A stretch of DNA of 57,810 nt, the filler included, from Porpidia crustulata (taxonomy: Eukaryota): the NCBI GenBank assembly GCA_964255105.1. It is 5 parts of 5 records of this genome, joined end to end, with 100 filler letters (N's around TTAATTAATTAA, not from the genome) between each part and the next. Parts side by side here need not be neighbours in the genome. Positions count along the whole stretch, not along the records: positions 46,344 to 57,810 come from CAXUWE010000654.1; 4 more parts are not named here. One strand, written 5' to 3'. The position numbers were made by a program, and so were the translations under genes. Positions 50,855 to 57,810 of the stretch are shown piece by piece. Within the stretch, counting starts at the first letter, position 1. Every line of letters begins with the position of its first letter. A model generated the notes under the pieces. That model saw nothing but the letters and a program-made list of their open reading frames with translations. It was not told the DNA's origin and made no database searches.

Positions 50855-52363
50855 GCAGAGTCGTGGGCGTATCTAAGAGAATGATTGTCCCTACAGGAAG
50901 AAGGATCCCTTGAAAATAGAGATGAAGACTCTCTTGATAGACCAAAATATGACAACTGTATCTGTGCAGATCTTGCTTGGAGATCAGAAGATAAAAAGCT
51001 CCGAGTTGACAACTCTCAGCCTGGTCAGGCTGGCAAACCCCAATAGTCGTGCAGCCATCTACGACTGCGGTCGAAGGGGTATGCAAGAGACGCAGTGGCT
51101 GCAGCACTCATTGTCAAGGCTCAGAGCTGAAAAAATAATATCTATAGTTACAACCTCCGGTTTCACCATGGTGATTCATTAGAATGCAATTGATAGGGCG
51201 CCGATATTATCAACAAGGCAACAATCGCCGCTGTCAGCACTGATATTTGACTTTCCAAGCTGCGTGCCGGTTGCGTCCCCATGTGGAGTGCATATTAGAG
51301 TAAGCAGTGATCTGTCAGAATGCCTTGTATGCGGGCTACATGTTCCTCAAAGCTGAGTTCCATAATTTCAAGATGCGATGGTTCTGGGCCCTGGAGGCAT
51401 AATTCTGGGACAGCGTGCCAAAGAGCTCGAACCACAAATCAGGAGCGAATAATGGTACCTCAGCATGTCTTTGAAGGAGTCATGGCAGCTCTGCCTCTTT
51501 CTATGCAGACATGAGGTGGTCCTGGTTTAGCGCCATGCTGTTGGGACTTATGCATGCCCTATCATCTGTAGATGATCCTCAACGGCCTCTAAGCGCTGCA
51601 AAACAATTCAACAACACACCCTTGCTCCTACTTTCCATTGCATGAAAGCTCAGTAGGTGCATTGTAGCTCATCGGCGGCAGAAAATACCGTATGAATGCC
51701 GCCAGTGTAAACGTATTGTAATTTTATGTTTCCTCATGTCACGGTATTATTTCCATGTTTCGGCGAATCGGTACACTCAGATCTCGCATTAGCGTGCTGT
51801 AACGTCCCGAACCCATTAGCGAGACATTTTCAACGCCTGAATCCTTCTTCCACCGCCATTTATCCCATCTGCTCTATCCAATCGTATATACTGACTACTG
51901 CATAACTGCTTTGGAGGCTGAAGGCAACCCTGTAACGGCGGGGCTTATTGAGACTTGCCTCCGAGATGCATGCCCGTTGACACGAAACGTCTGAGCCGCT
52001 TCTCTGCATGTGAGATGCATGTCGCCATAGAACCTAATATCTGCCCCAAGAAGTCAGGTATCATGCGAGACTACCTTGAACGAAGGTATGGTAGGGATGA
52101 CACGACTCCACCCTAAGCTTACATGCATGATCTTGTCTTAGTCGTTTGCCGAGTTTGATGGGTGTTCCAACGACTGGGCCAGCGAAGATATCGATAGACC
52201 ATGGGCTGTGACGTGCCTGTCGATTGATTCCAGCTCGTTTGCATTCTTGTATCGAAGAGGCCCTCTGTCAAGTTCTCCATACCTGGCAATTCGAGGTCCA
52301 CACCCAAAAACGAAGGAGTTTCTGATACACTTCAACAGAGTGTCTTCATCGATTTAAACAACA

Positions 52364-53774
52364 ATGCCAGCCTGGTTCGGCAAATTGCGGTGTTTCAAGT
52401 ATGTGAACAAGAATGTTCCATTGAGCCAGAAAGCAGACTCTTCAGAGAAATTGTCAGAACCCTCTCCTCGGGTAATCCCTGCCTCAACAGAGACATCATG
52501 CCCGGACAAAGACTCATACTCGTTGAGTCGCACATATCAGGGTAGTTCACGGTTTGTTGCTGCCCGCTCTAGCTTGCTACCGGGGAACCGCTGAGATGAC
52601 ATGAAACACTACCAGTTTAAACCTCCAGTATTTCCTGTGGAACCATACTCTCGGCTTCGACCTTCATCCTGATGTTCCAATCCAGTCACAGACGCGATGC
52701 ATCGCCGATGTGGCCACGGGTACCGGGTGAGTGATCAGTGCAGCGTGTCGCAACGTTCTTGTACTCAAAGGCTGATAACGTGCGTATGTGTGTTAGTATC
52801 TGGATTATCGCTTTGTCTGAGCGCCTTCCGCGCGAAATCCAATGCACCGGTTTCGATATCAGCCTGGCGCAGTGCCCAAGCACGGAATGGCTTCCAGAAA
52901 ACGTGCACATGCATCAATGGGACATCTTCCAGCCTCCACCCACGGAATTTTTGGGCTCGTTCGACGTTGTACATGTTCGACACATCCATCTTGTAATCAA
53001 TAACAACGACGTTGTGCCGATTGTCAATAATTTGAGAGCTTTGTTGAGTGGGTCTCCAACGCTCCATTGCTAGCCTGATAGTCAGTACAAGGAAGTAATT
53101 AATCGTGAGGATGCAGAACCGAACGGCTACCTTCAATGGGACGAAGTCAACCCTGAAGCCAACTACATAGCAAGAACCGATCCTGTTGCTTCAATGCCAG
53201 CGTTGGATAATTTGTTTAAGAAATTTTCGATACCCAGAACCGAAGGAGGATCAGTGAGGTAAGTGTCCCTACATATCTTAGTGCGTTCCATGTACAGAAT
53301 CATTGGAGAACGACGAGAAGTCATACTGCGTACGATCAGCCATAGTAAGATGCTGTGATAGGCCTGGTGGTATCGGCCAGTGGGACAGGCATGCTCTCGA
53401 GCTCCAAGTGTGAAGCTTCAAGCCATTACAATCTGAATGCTTACCAACATCCCTTTTGTACAGTTGGAAAGATCAATTACCGAAGACGTTAGACGCACAC
53501 GGCTTTACGGGCAGTCGCCTACATACTTACAAACCAAGCCCGGCAAACTTCCGTTTCTGGCATGACATGTAAGACTTGCGCATCCTTTTGAATTCTGTTA
53601 CTAATAGGAAGTCCATTCAGGTATATGCAGTCGTGGGAGGAGTTCATCAAACAAATCATGGGAGGCTTGGACACCCCTGAGGTAGCGAAACTCCTTAAGG
53701 AAGCCGGCGAAGAAGTCAGAAGCGGTGCTGCAATAGTCTTTCCGATGTGTATTTGGATCGCGAGGGCTGTTTGA
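52364..53774 (+). CDS. Class I SAM-dependent methyltransferase (LaeA-related fungal type), six exons
   Basis: Exons 52364-52551, 52616-52726, 52797-53047, 53117-53258, 53464-53568, 53621-53774 splice in frame; SSRLNLQY, IADVATGTGIW, GFDISL, FDVVHVR, LLKPNGYLQWDE. Confidence 0.9.
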
Positions 53775-54826
53775 TCATTCTATCTAGCTGGTTGACCTCA
53801 AGGTTCAGTGTTTAGTGACCCAAATTTACTTCATCTGTATCGAAGTGCTGTTATCTGTTCGGTCAGCTGTAGTTCCACATCATATAGCAAGAGTCCTCAA
53901 TGATACCTCCTCATCACAACCCTTTCCATTTTGACCCCCGGGTACATGCACCGCTCAAATCTTTGGCAATAGTCTTGAGCGTGAGCTTGACCTTCTTGGC
54001 TATATCAACCCCCTGGCCCACGATCGAGGGATGCAGCAAAGGATCAAAAAGCTCCTCAGCTTCTCTATCTCAACTCATTCGAATGACCCCTTGACCTCGT
54101 CTACACTGACCGCGCCACACGATTCTGCACTCAAATGTGGCAGCGCATAGGCTTGTATGTTTGAAATTGCTTTCTTTACCGCACGAAGATGAGGATCATC
54201 ACAACTATCACCTCGACCGCAGTTAGTACCGACGACGAGTCTCAGACTCGAACCGCCGCACTTTCCTGCTTGTATGCGAAATACCCTGCGATGGGTTTTT
54301 CGAGGACATCAATCTTGCGGTGCTCCCCGGAAGATCAAGGAAGCGGAGGAGATGCAAACGATGACAGACATTGTAGGGCGAGAGCGGGATCGTGTCGCCA
54401 CAGCTGCGGACAGCCCAACTTCCAGGACCTTGTTGGGGATGAAATATCTTCCTTCGAAATGTTTGATAGGGGCGTCGAATGCTGGACCACGGAGTGTGGT
54501 CGACATTGCGGAGATGAAAATCGGGCACACATCACCCTTACTGGATCGAGCTTCCTAAAATGATAGGTAAACGCTGAGATGCTTTGTCAGTCTCGAAGTA
54601 AGAAAGAGACGACGATAAAATTGCAACTGGTGAGGGCAGCGCTCAAGAGGCTAGGAATTGAAATCGTGCCGTGACGCGAAATCTGTAGTTGTCCGCGTTC
54701 GCACTGTAGCTCATCCAACCGGTCACTATATCCGGTGGGCCATTGGGTACTCGTATTTACCCCCCAAAAGGACACACCCCAACAGGACAGCGAGGTACGG
54801 ACCGTAGGGGGATGATAATGAGTAAC

Positions 54827-55004
54827 TAGCTTCCACTCCTCGCCAAAACACCCGAACATCAAAATACTTCAATTATTCAACTGCACGCGGGATAGAAGTG
54901 GGTTGGTTTCGGACCTTTCGGGCCGCCCAAATCAATGTGTACGACATGGGTGGATTGGGTTTCCAAACCCACTTCCAAACCAAACCGACGGTCACACTAT
55001 GCAT
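54827..55004 (+). repeat. Direct repeat copy 1 (shorter)
   Basis: tagcttcc..ccaaaacacccgaacatcaaaatacttcaattattcaa and cgacatgggtggattgggtttc..cttccaaaccaaaccgacggtcacactatgcat match 56659-57034. Confidence 0.85.
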
Positions 55005-55257
55005 AAAGATCATCCAACATTTCGGAGCATTGGAACTATCATAATTGAGACCATGAGCAGGTCACTGATGGGTTCGTGTCGACGTTTGTCATGCCGAAGG
55101 AAGCGGGGGAAGTTCTCAATAGGTGTCTTAAATTGTTTCCAAAGCCAAAAGATCTATAGTCCACCATTTGTGTTTGCCCCCGAGGCGTATAACTCACATT
55201 ACGTGTAACCACCATATGCCCAAGTCGTCCATTCGGACATCGGGACCATCATGGACC

Positions 55258-56399
55258 TCAATTAGCAAAATGTGGGAAGTACTTGGTCCAGTCCACAGTC
55301 CGAAATGCATCAGTCGGCAATGCTCGAAGTTCTATGAGGGCCAAGATAAAGAGCGTGATCCTCCCAAGTATGTACGCAAGTCCTACTGAGGTTTGGACGA
55401 AAAAATATTTACCCGCGATGAACTTTCCTGCATCGCAGAAAATCGAGATGCAGACGAGGATGGAGCCGAGACACTGCAGCACAAGGACTATCATGCCAGG
55501 TATTGCTACTGTTGCTGCCGAGCATATGCGCCAGGCCAGTCTTTCTTGAGAGGTCGGAAACGGCGAATTCCAGGCTAGACAGTGGATAGCTCCGAACACA
55601 CAGCCCAAGAGTCCGAGTACTCTGAAAGGGAGTTCACCATCTACGTCCGGATCGAAGTCCTCTTTCTTAGTTGAATGTTCTGGACGTGTGCGGGCCACGT
55701 TGTGAAGCATTGTGCCAGGTTCTGCTCTGCAACGTCTTGCAACGCGTCAGGGATTTCTATGAAGACTGGGAATTCCACATCTTGTGGTTTCTGGAAAGAG
55801 AACGCATAGGTAAAGATAGAGCAGAAAACAAAAGTGACTGTCAGTATTTCAAGGCTCGTAATGTGGTAATGTTGAGTGGCTCGGGCAAGAATCTGGACCA
55901 GAAACCAAAGAATTTGAAGTATGGCAATCAGCTTCACAGTCCAATCGGCCTTAGCACGACTTTTCAACTCGTCTTGTGATATTGGCGGACCCTCAATGCT
56001 ACCATTGATGATCAAATCCCGTAATTGTCTGTCGAGGCATTGTGACTCCTGCCCATTCGTTGTACGGACCCAGAAGCCACCAGCGAAAGCGAATAGCATG
56101 TGGGTTATTGTCCAATCTTGCTGTTTCTGCTTGAGTTTGAGATACCGCAATGTCTTTCGAGCTCGAAAGTAATCGTTCGCCGAGGTCCAGAGTATATATT
56201 CCGGCGCCGTCGCAGCCATCAGCATCCATACCACTTTGCGGACAATAAGAGACGGCCAGCTATGTCGCGGCTTTGGGACGTTGAGATGCAAAGTAGACCA
56301 GGTGCTAATAGAGATGGTTATGAGGCAGATCCAAAGAATGGACCAGGTCCCTCGACCGTCCGGTTCAGGGACCCAACCGTGGAGAGTCGTGGCGTCCAT
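55258..56399 (-). pseudogene. Fungal multi-pass membrane protein of unknown function, frameshifted near 55700
   Basis: GWVPEPDGRGTWSIL, APE, WTITH..GGF, KSRAKAD, KPQDV in one frame; FGAIHCLAWNSPFPT..LRALP..WTKYFPH in another frame; no convincing intron at the junction. Confidence 0.65.
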
Positions 56400-56658
56400 C
56401 GCTTGAATTTGCGATATCAATGTTACAGTCAAGCCCAAGCCGACCAATATAGGCAAAGCGGTCCGGGTAATTTCCGAGGACTGTGAGTGGCACTTGAATG
56501 AATGTCACCCTAATCGAGGACGAGCGCTCAGCGCCGAGGACGTACACGTCCTTTTTTGGCCTTGGAACTCTACGAGAGAGACAGAGCTGCTGAGGAAGGA
56601 AGTGTCGCATCCATTTTATCGTCGCACTGCGGGTGCCTGGAACCTTAATTGACTACTT

Positions 56659-57034
56659 TAGCTTCCGCCGTCCACCAAAACACCCAAACATCAAAATACT
56701 TCAACTATTCAATTGATGTAACCGTAATACGTCAGATTCATAATTTTTATTTTACTTATTCAATATTTAAATCTACCCATATTAAAGCTAGAAGTGAGTC
56801 TTGAAAATTTGAAAATTCGATCGCTCTCGCATGAGGGACCAATTCTTTGACTTTAGTTTCAACTTTCGAACTAAAATAGCTTAAGTCTTGGCGCCTAAAC
56901 CCAACGGAGGGGCGAGGGTGGATTCCATGGCTTCGGGCCTTCAAGTGCGCCCCAAACCCATGGGGTCGACATGGGTGGGTTGGGTTTCAGAATTCGCTCC
57001 GCTTCCAAATCAAACCAACGGTCACACTATGCAT
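56659..57034 (+). repeat. Direct repeat copy 2 (about 200 nt longer internally)
   Basis: tagcttcc..ccaaaacacccaaacatcaaaatacttcaactattcaa and cgacatgggtgggttgggtttc..cttccaaatcaaaccaacggtcacactatgcat. Confidence 0.85.
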
Positions 57035-57177
57035 TAATGCCGTTTTCGTTGTTGATCGTTCAGAAGCAAGAAGTCTTCATACAATTGTTAATCCATTTGA
57101 TGTTCTTTCTGCTTTAAAACGAATACATTCATTTTAGAAATCATGTCTCTAGAAAATAAAACAGACCAGCGTTTCTA

Positions 57178-57720
57178 TTGTACGGCATTAAGATATTCGA
57201 GAACCGATTCATGACGAGGCCAAAAGGTGCAAAGACTGAAAGAAACGTTTTCTTGAAAGCACGAGAGCACAATCATCCTTTTATTATACCGCTGCATATC
57301 AACGTTTCAGACGGGAGCAAAGCTATATCTGGTGATAAAGTATTGTATCAGGGGCGAATTGATGCATCACATCCAAAAAGGAGCATTCAGTATCACAAGA
57401 TCCAGTCAAGTAAGTTCGGATTCCTTTGACCGTCCATCACTTGTAAGACTTGCGAGCGATTGCTTCAAATCAAAAGTTTCCACAATTTCCGCTTGCCATG
57501 CAACTGTCAATATTAGCCCACAACCCGGATTCTACGGAGCTGAGGTCTGCCTGGCCCTGCAGTTCCCGCAGTAGAACGGGGTCATCTATCGAGACGTCAA
57601 AAGCGACAACATAAATAATGCTGAAATTCGAAGGTCACATCCAGGTTGTAGGCTCTGGTATGCTAGCAGAGGAAATGGATGATCACTGCGATTTAACATC
57701 AGAATTTCTGACGCCAGAGC
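57178..57720 (+). pseudogene. Decayed protein kinase C-like (AGC) catalytic-domain fragment
   Basis: LYGIK..[56 protein letters not shown] across shifting frames with stops. Confidence 0.75.
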
Positions 57721-57810
57721 TATGGTTTTGTGGCAATCGCAATCGGCTTCCTAGCTGTTAGAACCCGCTTAGAACGGTAAGACATCTACGGCGTAGATGT
57801 CAGAACGTGA

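Noticed and set aside
51320..52335. Degenerate pathway-regulator C-terminus (IVLQRLEAVEDHL) between the P450 and the methyltransferase
   Set aside because: Only a few residues of resemblance amid several stops; not supportable without a profile search
44542..53774. MFS transporter as the exporter of the P450/methyltransferase cluster
   Set aside because: It lies on a different contig, across the spacer at 46244-46343
53900..54560. Overlapping short ORFs suggesting a decayed gene
   Set aside because: No family motif and no consistent frame
57781..57801. 9-bp hairpin gacatctac-ggc-gtagatgtc as a Helitron 3' end
   Set aside because: No CTRR terminus follows within the window, and it sits at the contig end

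Overview
Eukaryotic (filamentous ascomycete, Pezizomycotina; a lichen-forming lineage is plausible but only inferred) DNA with short GT-AG introns and CTAAC/CTGAC branch points, so most genes are split across several ORFs of the supplied track. The window is not one locus. Four identical 100-nt spacers (N44-TTAATTAATTAA-N44) separate five segments of steadily decreasing length (11503, 11498, 11473, 11469, 11467 nt), which indicates unplaced contigs concatenated by size, so linkage across spacers should be ignored. Contig 1 holds two Cys-motif ORFs, an MBOAT acyltransferase, a secreted Cys-containing protein, a sugar porter and a Pro-1 tautomerase. Contig 2 holds a complete three-gene mycosporine (UV-sunscreen) core (DDG synthase, O-methyltransferase, ATP-grasp ligase) flanked by a DUF3112-like membrane protein and a Gfo/Idh/MocA oxidoreductase. 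Contig 3 holds Rab5, Sac1, an Rrn9-domain gene and a short Zn2Cys6 factor. Contig 4 holds a SYLF/Ysc84 gene, a disrupted HeLo-like/kinase-like gene, a disrupted kinase-C2 gene, an intact three-exon small protein with an RNxxAH (HEPN-like) motif and an MFS transporter. Contig 5 holds two CYP7/CYP8-like P450s with a divergent methyltransferase, a frameshifted membrane-protein gene bracketed by direct repeats, and a decayed PKC-like fragment. Exon boundaries and family assignments were made by eye with no database searches.
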